A stretch of 64,000 nt of DNA from Elsinoe ampelina (Eukaryota). A model generated the notes under the pieces. It was given only the letters and a program-made list of their open reading frames with translations. It was not told where the DNA came from and searched no databases. The position numbers and the translations under genes are program-made. The stretch is from assembly GCA_010093995.1 (NCBI GenBank), contig ML992508.1, positions 840,506 through 904,505 on the forward strand. Reading direction: 5' to 3'. Shown here piece after piece: positions 24,336-35,224 of this stretch (its first letter is position 1; each line of letters starts with the position of its first letter).

Positions 24336-25362
24336 CTAACCGCCTCGCTGGTAGATACCGACCACCATTGCGTGATCTCTCTCGAAAGGCTCCAGAGTCA
24401 ATTGCTCCTTTGGCTTGATCCTCTCCTCCCTCATCTTCTGCACTTCACGAGCGAAGACGGCTTCTGGCGCTGCGGTAGAGTCGATACAGTTGGCCTTGAT
24501 GGACACGACGATTCCACCACCGACCTTGAGGAAGAGATGTGCGTTGAGAGCGACGATACGGGCTTGATCTGGCTGAGCGACATCGGCGAAGATGCAGTCG
24601 ACCATGCCGACCAACATTCTGTACTTGAGCGGGTGACGGGCGTCCTCGATGATGGGGATGATGTTGGTACGTTTCGTGGCCATGTTGATCAAGTCACGTC
24701 CCGAACGATGCGAGAACTCGACTGCGTAGACTGTGCCAGTGGGTCCGACAATGTCGGCGACGTGTGAGACTGAGGTTCCTGACGCTGCACCAAGGTAGAG
24801 CACCTTGCTGCCGGGCTTCATGTGGATGTCCTCGATACCTCCCAAAATACCTGCGGCCAACTTTGATCGGAAAGGGTTCCATACACGGTACTCGGTCTTC
24901 GTTGTCGCAGCATCGTCCGCATCTTTTGAGGGGTTGTCGATTGCAATTCTCTTCTCGCCGTAGACGGACTCGCCAGGTGTAAGGTTCTTTGTGCACAACA
25001 TGTCTTCCTTGCCGCGGGCGACAAAAACACCAGCGTGACGGTGAGGCTCCTTGGACTTGTTAGTCTCTGTCTCTCAAGCAGTCCTCTTCAAGACATACGA
25101 CGATGGCCTTTTGTCCACCAGCTGCGCCTGGCTTGCCTCCCCTTCCACCACGCCCGCCTCTGGCGCCACCTCGACCACGATCTCCTCCACGACCTCCTCT
25201 AGCACCACCTCTTGCGCCACCACGTCCTCCGCGATCACCGAACCCGCCGCGACCTCCACCACGTCCACCGCGGTCACCAAAACCACCTCTGCCGCCGCGA
25301 CCTCCGAATCCACCACGTCCGCCTCTGTCACCGCCTCCACGACCTCTTGGTGTGAATGCCAT
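24336..25362 (-). CDS. NOP1: Fibrillarin, rRNA 2'-O-methyltransferase (exons 25362-25099, 25049-24336)
   Basis: RGG-rich GAR N-terminus; [36 protein letters not shown]; 49-bp GTATGT..CTAAC..AAG intron. Confidence 0.97.
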
Positions 25363-25648
25363 TGCTGGTAGCTTGTCGTGATACAAGCGGTGGCAAGAAA
25401 AATACTGCGACCGGGGTCTCGTTGGAGGCAGTGGATTAATCTCTATCTCTGGCTGCTCTGCTCCAGAAAAATTTCGAGGTCGAGGTCCAAGCTCCGCAGC
25501 CCGCAGAATAGATTTTTGCCGGCGATTTCCCGACGCACAGTGCCAAGCTTTCGAGCCAACCCACACCAGACCTCAAATTTTGTGAAGGACAAACGACCGA
25601 TCATCACCAAAGGCAGAGGACCATTCCCACCACCCATCAACCGCAATC

Positions 25649-26291
25649 ATGGTCCGTTACGCCGCCACCGAGATTGATAACGCAAAGAGTGCCCGCGCCA
25701 GGGGCTCATACCTCCGTGTCTCCTTCAAGAACACTCGCGAGACCGCACAGGCAATCAACGGCCTTAAACTCCAGAGAGCCGTCACCTACCTCGAGCATGT
25801 CAAGGAGCACAGGGAGGCTATCCCCATGAGGAGATTCGCTGGATCAACTGGCAGGACTGCGCAGGGTATGTAGAAGTCCAAGAGACGCTGGAGGATATCA
25901 CATCGCGGCGCACGAGACACAACAGTATACTGACGCACATCAAGGCAAGCCATTCGGTGTCTCCAAGGCCCGCTGGCCAGTCAAGTCCGCCGAGTTCCTC
26001 CTCGGTCTCCTCAAGAACGCCGAAGCCAACGCCGATACAAAGGGTCTCGATACCTCCAACCTCATTGTCAAGCACATCCAGGTCAACCAGGCACCGAAGC
26101 AGCGCCGCCGCACGTACCGTGCCCACGGTCGTATCAACCCGTACATGTCGAACCCCTGCCACATCGAGATGATCCTCACCGAGGGAGAGGAGGTTGTCCA
26201 GAAGGCGTCGGATTCATTGGAGAGGAAGAACGCGCATCTCAGCAGCAGGCAGAGGGCGTCGAGGGTCAGGCGGGCTATCACCCAGGGTTAA
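25649..26291 (+). CDS. RPL17: 60S ribosomal protein L17 (uL22); exons 25649-25865, 25945-26291
   Basis: [60 protein letters not shown] intron. Confidence 0.97.
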
Positions 26292-26485
26292 GCGATGACT
26301 TGCGGACGAAGGAAAGGCAGCGAGGAGGGGAGGTGGATTCCTGTGGTCAGGGATTGCCAGAAGGATCATTTGCGATGGCGTAAAAAGGATTCTATTCTGA
26401 TCCGAATGTCTATGCTAGATGGTATCTCGCCAACAGCCCAAATGCATGGTCGTCACTGTCTCTGAAAAGCCCGGAAACCATTCTA

Positions 26486-27742
26486 TCATAATCTAGGAGA
26501 ACCCTTGCGATGTGCCGCTTTCTCCTTCTCCACTATGCTATCCGTACCTGGATTGTTGAAACTGTCGGGATCGTTCAAGAAGCTCTCATCTCCGGAGAAT
26601 TTCCTATTCGTCATCATGAGCCTGTTTTCTCCAGCATCATGTCCCGCAAGGCTTTCAAGCAGTCTTCTGAACAGAGGCAGGGGCAGGGGTAGGCACCCTC
26701 TCTTGCTGTGCGGCCAAGGTATCCTCCATGGCAAAGTTCCTGAAACATCAACACCCGAATCTTCCTGACCAAACACAAATAATCGTCATCAAGAAAAGGT
26801 TCAAACTCACCAAGTCCTCTCCTCGCCTTCCTTCAAAAAGCTGCAATCCCCATTCACCACACACTCCCAACCCCCTCCCACCCCCTCCCCCCTCCATCCC
26901 ACATCCGGCACCTCCTCCCCCTCCTTCCACTCCTTCATCCCCCCCTTCGCCTCCCCTCCCTCCCTCCTCTCAAACCTACTAAAAGCACAAGTCCCACACC
27001 TAAAATCCTCCTCCCCCTCCTCCTCAGGCATCCGCCCCGTCAGCGCCCTCCCCGCACAGATCATAACCGCAGCATGCGTGCACAACACCGCAGCCTCCAC
27101 CCCCTCCCCATCCAGCTGCCTGATGATATCCTCCAACGCGTACGCCACCCGATCGTGCAGTCCCGGGATACTCTCGCCGTTCACGCTCGGCCTGATCGCG
27201 CCTCTGTACCCCTCGTCCAGCATCCCGGGGAAATGCGTCGTCAGAACCTCCACGCTGGCGGGGATAGGGTGGTCGAAGCGCGCGAGGCCGTAGAATTCGC
27301 CTATGCCGGTGTCGATGCGGATGGGGAGGGGCGGGAGGGAGGAGGAAGCGCGGATGGCGTTGAGGGATGTGACGGTTGGGGAGAGGGTTTGCAGGCAGCG
27401 GTAGAAGGGGGAGGAGTAGATGGCGCTGATGGGGGGTTGGAGGGAGATGAGGTGGCGGGCCAGGTCGTGGGATTGTTCGACGCCGTGGCTGGCGAGGGAG
27501 GGGTCGGAGGGGATGCCGGTGGGTGTCGGGAAGGTGTGGCTGTAGGCGCCGGTTTGGGGGTTTACGACCCAGTTGGAGCGGAACTTGAGGGGGTTAGTTG
27601 GTGGTGTTGAGGAGGGGTAAGTGGAGGGAGGATTGGAGGGTTTGGAGGGGATGGAATGGCGATACGGAGGTTTTGTATGATTGGGATCATTGAGAATCGT
27701 ACTTACTCCATGTCTGACAATGTATATAGTCTTGAGCACCAT
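26486..27742 (-). CDS. Histidine phosphatase / phosphoglycerate-mutase-family protein (TFIIIC Tfc7/tau55-like), two introns
   Basis: IYIVRHG, YSSPFYRCLQT, GE.YG, LCTHAA, NGDCSFL..GEERTW|KFSGDESF; introns after RHG and at ~26604-26810. Confidence 0.85.
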
Positions 27743-28056
27743 GTTGATGTTGATGTGGTTGTGCCGAGGTTGGGAGAGAAGCCAAAGTTGTGAAAGTCAA
27801 GGTATGAAGTTTGGTACAGAAAGTTTCTGGGGAAGGAGAAATCGCATGTGACGCTGGAACAGCATTTATACGTATTGGTGACATGCAACAATGATTGCTT
27901 GGATTGCTACAGACTTGGATGTCATTGGAGACATGCATGGAGACAAACAATTGACATGCACGGAACATCTGGGGGAGGCTAAACTTTTTGATTGTTTCAT
28001 GCAGGTCATTATGCTGCCTGGGTATCTAGAAGGCAAACGCTACTGCATGCCCCTGT

Positions 28057-28753
28057 CTAGTAGAAGAAACCAATGATCTTGCCACCAGCGTGCTTTCTCC
28101 TGGCCTCCTCGTGGTCCATGATACCGGCGGAGGTGGTGAGCACAACGTAGCCGAATTGACGGGAAGGAAGAAGCTTGACGACCCACTTCTCGAGATCCCG
28201 GAGCTGGACGTTGTAGCGAGGGCTGATGACACCGGTCTTGTTGAGACTGATACACGTCAGTTTGTTAGCTTTCGTCTGCCTTTTCGCATGACTTACCGGC
28301 CGTTCAGCTGGATGACAATCTTGCCGTTCCTGTGGTCGTCGACCTCCTCGAATTCGCCAATGTAACCTGAAAGGGTATCAGTATCGCGGAAAAATAAACA
28401 TGAATCTTCATGGATGATCAGAAAACGTGTAAGTTCTCCGCCAATTTCAATCTTCCGAGCACTTAAAGGGCAGAGGTCGTGTAGTGTTATGAGACCGCCG
28501 CCTAGTTATCAACCCGGGTTTGAGATGTCTAGATGAGCTTCCTCCTCTTGCTGTGCTCCAAGTTCCAAAATATCCCAAGCGAGCTCCATTCGGAACATAA
28601 GAAAACATGGGTTGACTGACCGTGCTTCTGCATGACGCTGAGGAACTTGACAATGACCTTGGAGCTAGGCCTGATCATGACCTGGCGCTTGCCGGCCTTC
28701 TCGGCGTTGTTGATGGACTTGAGCGCATCGTTGAGGACGGAGGTGCGAGTCAT
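28057..28753 (-). CDS. RPS22: 40S ribosomal protein S22 (uS8), two introns
   Basis: [66 protein letters not shown]|..GGKIIGFFY*. Confidence 0.96.
28380..28520 (-). ncRNA. snR44: Probable intronic H/ACA snoRNA, snR44 homologue
   Basis: In the long (~250 bp) first RPS22 intron; minus-strand blocks CCGGGTTGATAACTAG, TTTAAGTG.TCGG, CTTACACG and GTTTATTTTTCC resemble, as I recall them, yeast snR44, which lies in an RPS22B intron. Boundaries approximate. Confidence 0.6.
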
Positions 28754-29302
28754 TTTGACTGATAGAGATTCTCAAAGGCGATGACGGCTTGAGGTATCTG
28801 TTGCGAAATTCTGTTAGCCCTTCCAAAGCCTCGAGCGCAAAGAGTGCCCCCAGGCATAGCCCAAAGGTTCTTCAGCTCATTTCCGAGTGGAGAAGCAGTG
28901 TCAACGCATAAGCGGCGATGAGTGCAGGTCCTGGCTCTCTGAAGGGCACTCAATTGCTGCGTTACATTGTCGACGTACCTCGTAAGGTTGCTGAGATGAT
29001 GTCCTTGGACTTTGCTTGTCGTATGCGCTGGGCTTCTCCGATCTGCTCGGTGAGGTGAACTTTTCGATGGAATCTCGGCGGAATAGATTTTCCGCGGAAT
29101 AAGGTTTGCTTCCCGTCGGACCCTTGTGGAAAGCAGTTTAGCGTCTCGAGGCCAGCATCTCTCCCACCTTTTGCAGTGCCCCGCTCTTCCCGCTGAAAAA
29201 GATTCCAGGTCGGAGACTTGTCCTTGACCGCATCGACTCTGCAGACTTCCAATCAGTCCAACTTTCCGCATCTCAAAAGTAGACTCTCTCTGACTCGGCA
29301 AA

Positions 29303-30025
29303 ATGATTATCTTCAAGGTCCGCTCCCACGTCTGGAAGTCGTTGAGTACGGGGCTGATCTAGGTGCAGGATCTCATCACAGGTGACGAAGTTCTCTCCGA
29401 CTCCTACGACCTCAAGGAGATTGACGGCGTTGTCTACGAGGCCGACTGCAAGAAGATTGCTGTCGGTGGCGAGAACATTGGTACGACTTGAATTGAGAAA
29501 GAGCTGAAGTCTACTTGGACTAATCGTCAATCCAGACATCGGCGCAAACCCCAGTGCTGAGGGTGGAGATGACGAGGGTGCCGACGATGCAACCCAGACC
29601 GTCATTGACATTGTCCACTCTTTCCGCCTGAACGAGACCTCTTTTGACAAGAAGTCCTATCTCGGACATCTCAAGGGTGAGTGGGATCTGCACATGATTG
29701 TGCGTCGAACCAGCCCTGATATCTGCGCAGGTTACATGAAGAAGGTCAAGGAGGCTATGAAGGAGAAGGGTGCCAGCGATGAAGAGGTCAAGACATTCGA
29801 GAGTGGTGCTTCAGGCTTTGCAAAGAAGATTGTCGCCAACTTCAAGGACTACGAGTTCCTTATTGGCGAGTCCATGGATCCCGATGGAATGTGAGTCCAT
29901 CCATTGTCCGTCAGACACTGTGTGTCGCTAATCTTTTCAGGGTCATTCTGCTCAACTACCGCGAGGATGGCATTACGCCATATGTCACTGTCTGGAAGCA
30001 CGGCCTCACCGAGATGAAGGTATAG
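29303..30025 (+). CDS. TMA19: Translationally controlled tumour protein (TCTP), five exons
   Basis: [79 protein letters not shown]; four canonical introns. Confidence 0.96.
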
Positions 30026-30696
30026 GTGGGCTCAAAACTGGCACGAGCGAGGAGCGAATAGATGCATGATGGATGATTACTTTACTACAACAAAGATTTC
30101 TTGCGCCTCTCCGAGCATGTCCCGATTGTGCACCTCACAGACCATCTCAACCTCTCGTATGGTACTCAGCACAGCAAGACACTCCAATACGAGCCTTCAA
30201 ACGACGTGTGCTTGCACTGATTATCTGTCACTCGGCTGAAGAGATTGGCAATGAGCTGTCCTTGTCATGCCCCCCCGGACGATACCTTATGCCTCGTGGA
30301 TAGGCGACGTTGCTGCTAGTCAGCCAGTCTTTACACCGCTATGGCCATTTGAACCCAGTGTGGAGAGATGTTGTGCTCTAGCCATCTGTGGCGTTTCCCG
30401 ATGAACAGCGATAGCCCAGATGGACTGGACATTTGTGTGTGAAGCATAAGCGCAGCGGTATGGATGGTGGTTGCAACCAGTACGGTAGGCTAAAGGTGCG
30501 CCCCGCGCCGAGCCCGTGCGTTTGCTGATCCTGTTTGTCAATGGTAAACTGGAACCTGAGGCATCAACCCGTCCACCTACCATACAATCACAAAAATCGC
30601 AGCGCTGCATATCAATTGGATTTCTTGTTCTCTTCGCCGTTGTGATTTGCATCTTTAGCGTAGCGCTGCATGTTTATTTGATGCGGAACGACTATC

Positions 30697-33600
30697 ATGT
30701 CTGGTACAAGGACGAGCTATCCCAACCATATATCTACACCTCAAGCTCGAAAAGCGAATGCCGAAATTGATGACCTCTTGAAAGACTTGGTGGCCGCTGG
30801 GCTACCGCTTCGAATTCCAGATGGGCCATCTTCTCCCTCTTTGCGAGGTAGGACTTCAACGGATCAGATTATCAACAACATCCGCTTCCTCTTCTTCCAG
30901 GACCACTCAGCATTGATCAAACTCATACTCGAATTCAAGCTCGAATTCTCACAGCAACTTGTTGAATCCGATCCTGTGGAGACATTGGAAACAAGATTGA
31001 AAGACCTCTCACGACTTGTCAAGGACCAGCCTAAAAAACGAACGCCCTTCACAGAACGCCTGCACAACGTCCGAAAGGAACATGCGCAGACCCCTATCAA
31101 ATCCTTCTTCCCTCAAACTATGAAACGGTCCAGTCCCGATAACGAAGAAAAGGATGATACCAATCGCAAGTCACGGCGGTGTAACGATTCCTTCGGTCGT
31201 AGCATCAGCACCACCAGTGCTACTAGTCTGACCGGCCTCAATAGTAGTGGGAACAGCAGTCTGCGAGCCTCCACAGCTGCAACCTCATTCTCAATACACA
31301 ATGATACCGACAACGAGCCTCCGCCGAGCAGCTATGGAAGCGATTTTGGTGACGCCACTCAGAGCTTGCTCCTCGACGGCGTCATGGATCATGCGGTTTC
31401 AAAGTTTTCCGAGAACCCAATACATCGCACTGTATCCGCGGACACGATCGCATCCGAAACCGAGCAGCATCAGCGACAAGACAGTCCCCACAACCAGCTC
31501 ATGGACGAGTTGAAAGAGACTGCTACTCGTGATCGCACACTCTCTGAATCACCTTCGACAAGTGACAGTCCCCGCAAGAAACACTTTCTGATCCGCAGTT
31601 TGGGTCAGGAAAAGATCAACAAGAATGACTTGCCAAACTCAATGGCCAGCCTGCCATTTCACCTTCAATGGTCCATCGCTAGGGTTATCTTGGAGCACAA
31701 ACCGCATACTGATGACCTGGAACGCCGATTGCGGAAATTTGTTGACAGAGCTGTACGAGAGCAGATCACCAAGGATTGGCTGGAAACATGGATACCAGCC
31801 GCTGAACTGCAGAGAACCACCGAGACCTTCTACCGTGCGAAGATGACACTTGATGAAGACGGGATCAACAGATCGTCTGGTCTTGAACGTAGTCTTCTTC
31901 GCTTCGATCCACAGAAACCCGGCGACGAAGCTCTTTGCCGCCTAGAACGTAAATTTGGTGCACAGCGATTTCTGACTGTGACTTACGAAATTGCGCCCAA
32001 AGTCTTGTCGAACTACCCCCTCAAGGCTGATGTACAGGACTTTGAGAAGGGGTTCCGCAAGTTTCTTCGACGGGAACAGGTCATCTACGGGCACACATTC
32101 CGCTGTTTCTACCTGGAGAAAAAGAAGGATGGCGAGGACTTGACTTACCGAGTGCATTACTTTGCTATTGAAGGACCCAAGTTGCCACTCGTACCACTGC
32201 AAGAGTTGTTGGACTGGGCTTTGAATCTGAATGATCATAAGAATCTCAAGATGCTCTTTCCGAAGCTCATGGCCAGGATGGACTTGTACCTATCCCGTAC
32301 CACCGCGGCTTGGACTTTCGAACCGGAACAAGTCCGCTGGTGTGAGTGGCGTACTGAGCTGATTGCCGACGAAACTCCAGAAGCCACGGAATTTAACGAC
32401 CAAAGATTCAAGTTTCCATCTCCGTCAAAGACAGACGGTCCAGTGGTGATGAACGACGGATGCTCACTCATCTCACCTGCTGCTGCTCGCTCAATCTGCG
32501 AGAGACTGAAAATCACTGGCAACCGACCTTCCGCTTTTCAAGGACGTATCAATGGCGCCAAAGGCATGTGGTTCTTATCTGGACCATATGACAGCTCACG
32601 CCAAGATATTACCATTGATGTCGCTCCAAGTCAACGTAAGGTCCATGCCCGAGACTGCGATTTCCGATCAAGCACTGCCGAGCCTGCAAGATGGACGCTC
32701 GACATCGTCAATTTCAGTACCGCACTCAAGTCGTCATCGTTGCACATGGACTTTCTGCCGATCCTCGAAGATCGCGGCGTACCCAGAGGTGTTCTCGTCG
32801 AAGTGGTTAATCACCAATTATCTTTGGACTTTCGCAATTTCATGGAAGCCGTGAAAGACCCAGTAGAGCTTCGGAAATGGATTAGTAGCAACATATCGGC
32901 CAAGGAGATCAGAAACCGCGAGCTTGGTATCGACTGGATAGGCGGCTTACCCTCCGATGACTTGGAGAGCGCCATCTACCTTCTTGAATCAGGCTTTCGA
33001 GCGGATTGTCATGACACACTCGCAGATTTCGTATTCACGATACTAAGAAAGTGGTTGCAAGACATGGTCAAGAAACTCAAGATACGGCTCAACAAGACCC
33101 TGATGCCGTATGGAATTGCAGATCACAAGAGAGTCTTGAAACCTGGAGAAATATTTCTAGCATTTTCTCAACCCTTCACTGATCCAGACACAGACGAGTC
33201 ATGGAGCCATCTTGAGGGTGATGTGTTGGTTGCTAGACATCCAGCCATGCGCAACTCTGATGTACAACGAGTCAGAGCTGTTTACAAACCAGAGCTGAGC
33301 CATTTGCGGGATGTAGTGGTCTTTCCAAGTAGAGGGCAGATACCTCTAGCTCACAAACTGCAAGGTGGCGATTACGACGGTGACACTTTCTGGATCTGCT
33401 TCGATCAAAGGATAGTGCGACACTTCCGGAATGCACCTGCTCCCCAGGGCGAGCCAGATCCCAAGAAGTATGGTATCAGACAGAACAAGGATACTTTGGC
33501 CGATGTGCTCAAGAGCGGCTCTCCTGGTTTCGAGAACATCATTCACAGACTCTTCCGAATTCGTATGAACGATGATCAGCTGGGAAGAGTCACATACGCC

Positions 33601-34572
33601 CATAAACGCGCAGCATACCGATATGGTAGCTTGACCGACAGCAGAGTCAACAAGCTTGCAGACGTCCACGACCTCATCATCGATGCTACGAAGAACGGCT
33701 ACGACTTCGGAGAGGCAGATTTCAAAGACCTCATGAAATCGATACCTGTTCCGATGAAGCTTGACACACCAGCTTATCAGGAAGCCATGGAGGACAGCAT
33801 CGTCAGACCGCGAGTAAGCATGAATCTCAAGGTCAATGAGAAGTCTATTCTCGACGTGCTTGTTATTCGGCACATCCTCCCACAAATTCATACCTTCCTT
33901 CATCAGGTCCGCGAGAAGCTACATATCGTGTCTGGCGAAGCCAAGTCCGCAAAGCTCGGCACACCAGACCCAGACCTACTCAGGCCATGGGAAGACTTCA
34001 AGATGATGTCAAAGACCAACAAGGTTGCGAAACACAATGCTACCCGGCTCCTCGACTCGATCCATGCGGTCTCCAAAGAATGGGGCCAACGATTTGGAGC
34101 ACCCGATGACACGCCCTTGGCAGATGGACAATACCGCAATGCCGTGTCTGCCTGCTGGCCAATGTATACTGCCATAATGCCTGTCGCTTCACTGCCCAGT
34201 ACTGGCGCCTTGACCACTCGTGACGCTGACAGCGCTGCTTCGACCGAGTCACCGGATCTGTCAACAATGGAAGGCATGCTTTTCCACTACCTGATCCATC
34301 GCGATGCGCCGCATACACCGACTAGATGGGAGCTGATCCGTGCTTCGGCGCTCTACCACTATAAGCTTGGTGGGAAGAGTGCGAAGCTTGCGTTCGCCAT
34401 GGGTGGCAAGGAGCTGGGTTATCTGAAGGCGATGAGCAGAGGACAGAATTGGAGAGTGATCACCAAGGAGGCACACGCTGTCATGAAACCGAGGACCACG
34501 AAGAGAGGGAGGATGTGGAAAGGTAAGGTCACGAGTATGAGGAGTAGTGGAGGAAGCGATGATGAAGGATGA
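30697..34572 (+). CDS. RNA-dependent RNA polymerase of the RNAi pathway, QDE-1-like (1291 aa, single ORF)
   Basis: NDGCS.IS, FQGRINGAKGMW, GIAD...LKPGEI, VARHPA, VVFPSRG.IPLA.KLQGGDYDGD catalytic loop. Confidence 0.93.
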   Translation: MSGTRTSYPNHISTPQARKANAEIDDLLKDLVAAGLPLRIPDGPSSPSLRGRTSTDQIINNIRFLFFQDHSALIKLILEFKLEFSQQLVESDPVETLETRLKDLSRLVKDQPKKRTPFTERLHNVRKEHAQTPIKSFFPQTMKRSSPDNEEKDDTNRKSRRCNDSFGRSISTTSATSLTGLNSSGNSSLRASTAATSFSIHNDTDNEPPPSSYGSDFGDATQSLLLDGVMDHAVSKFSENPIHRTVSADTIASETEQHQRQDSPHNQLMDELKETATRDRTLSESPSTSDSPRKKHFLIRSLGQEKINKNDLPNSMASLPFHLQWSIARVILEHKPHTDDLERRLRKFVDRAVREQITKDWLETWIPAAELQRTTETFYRAKMTLDEDGINRSSGLERSLLRFDPQKPGDEALCRLERKFGAQRFLTVTYEIAPKVLSNYPLKADVQDFEKGFRKFLRREQVIYGHTFRCFYLEKKKDGEDLTYRVHYFAIEGPKLPLVPLQELLDWALNLNDHKNLKMLFPKLMARMDLYLSRTTAAWTFEPEQVRWCEWRTELIADETPEATEFNDQRFKFPSPSKTDGPVVMNDGCSLISPAAARSICERLKITGNRPSAFQGRINGAKGMWFLSGPYDSSRQDITIDVAPSQRKVHARDCDFRSSTAEPARWTLDIVNFSTALKSSSLHMDFLPILEDRGVPRGVLVEVVNHQLSLDFRNFMEAVKDPVELRKWISSNISAKEIRNRELGIDWIGGLPSDDLESAIYLLESGFRADCHDTLADFVFTILRKWLQDMVKKLKIRLNKTLMPYGIADHKRVLKPGEIFLAFSQPFTDPDTDESWSHLEGDVLVARHPAMRNSDVQRVRAVYKPELSHLRDVVVFPSRGQIPLAHKLQGGDYDGDTFWICFDQRIVRHFRNAPAPQGEPDPKKYGIRQNKDTLADVLKSGSPGFENIIHRLFRIRMNDDQLGRVTYAHKRAAYRYGSLTDSRVNKLADVHDLIIDATKNGYDFGEADFKDLMKSIPVPMKLDTPAYQEAMEDSIVRPRVSMNLKVNEKSILDVLVIRHILPQIHTFLHQVREKLHIVSGEAKSAKLGTPDPDLLRPWEDFKMMSKTNKVAKHNATRLLDSIHAVSKEWGQRFGAPDDTPLADGQYRNAVSACWPMYTAIMPVASLPSTGALTTRDADSAASTESPDLSTMEGMLFHYLIHRDAPHTPTRWELIRASALYHYKLGGKSAKLAFAMGGKELGYLKAMSRGQNWRVITKEAHAVMKPRTTKRGRMWKGKVTSMRSSGGSDDEG

Positions 34573-35224
34573 CCAACGTCTTCTTTTGGGATTGGGGACT
34601 CCGAGTAAGGATATGTAGGTAGAGCGATGGGAAAGACTGGGGAAGGTAGTTGTCTGCTTCCACATCTGGGAGGCTCGAGACACTTTGGTTCTCTGGACAT
34701 TTCGATTTCTTGGACAGATCAAAGCAACCACACCACAAGCGGAATGTACTATACGAAGACACGATATACGATAGACGACATAGACGACGTTTCTTAGACC
34801 TGTTTTTCCTCCCTCGCTCCGTGCCACGTATGCTGCTTCCGTTCCTCCTCGTCTTTCCTCATGGGTATTCACGTGACACCAGCACTCTTTACCATGCAAC
34901 TAGGGAATATGGTGCTACTGTGAACTGAAACGTTCATGCATCATTACCCTACCCAAAATTCTCTACAAGAAGGAAACACCCCTCGTTGCCTCACCATCGC
35001 CGACCCAAGATTCTATACAATCTCCACACGCAGCCCTTCGGACAATAAGCCCCTACGACCAACACCCCTGTCCAGCCCCCCAAGCACCCTACTCATATCT
35101 CTCCAATCCCCCATAATCAGCCCCGCAAGACCGACTTCCTATCCGTACGCCTCGTCATCCCTATTTATCCCCTCACCCTCCCCCTCCCCTCTCCTCCCAC
35201 CCCAGCACCCACCCCTCCCGGCCC

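Noticed and set aside
25051..25381. Pro-rich and Thr/Ser-rich ORFs
   Set aside because: Antisense/alternate frames of the NOP1 GAR (RGG) domain.
28750..29316. 188-aa minus ORF between RPS22 and TCTP
   Set aside because: Non-ATG start, no motif, spans a divergent promoter.
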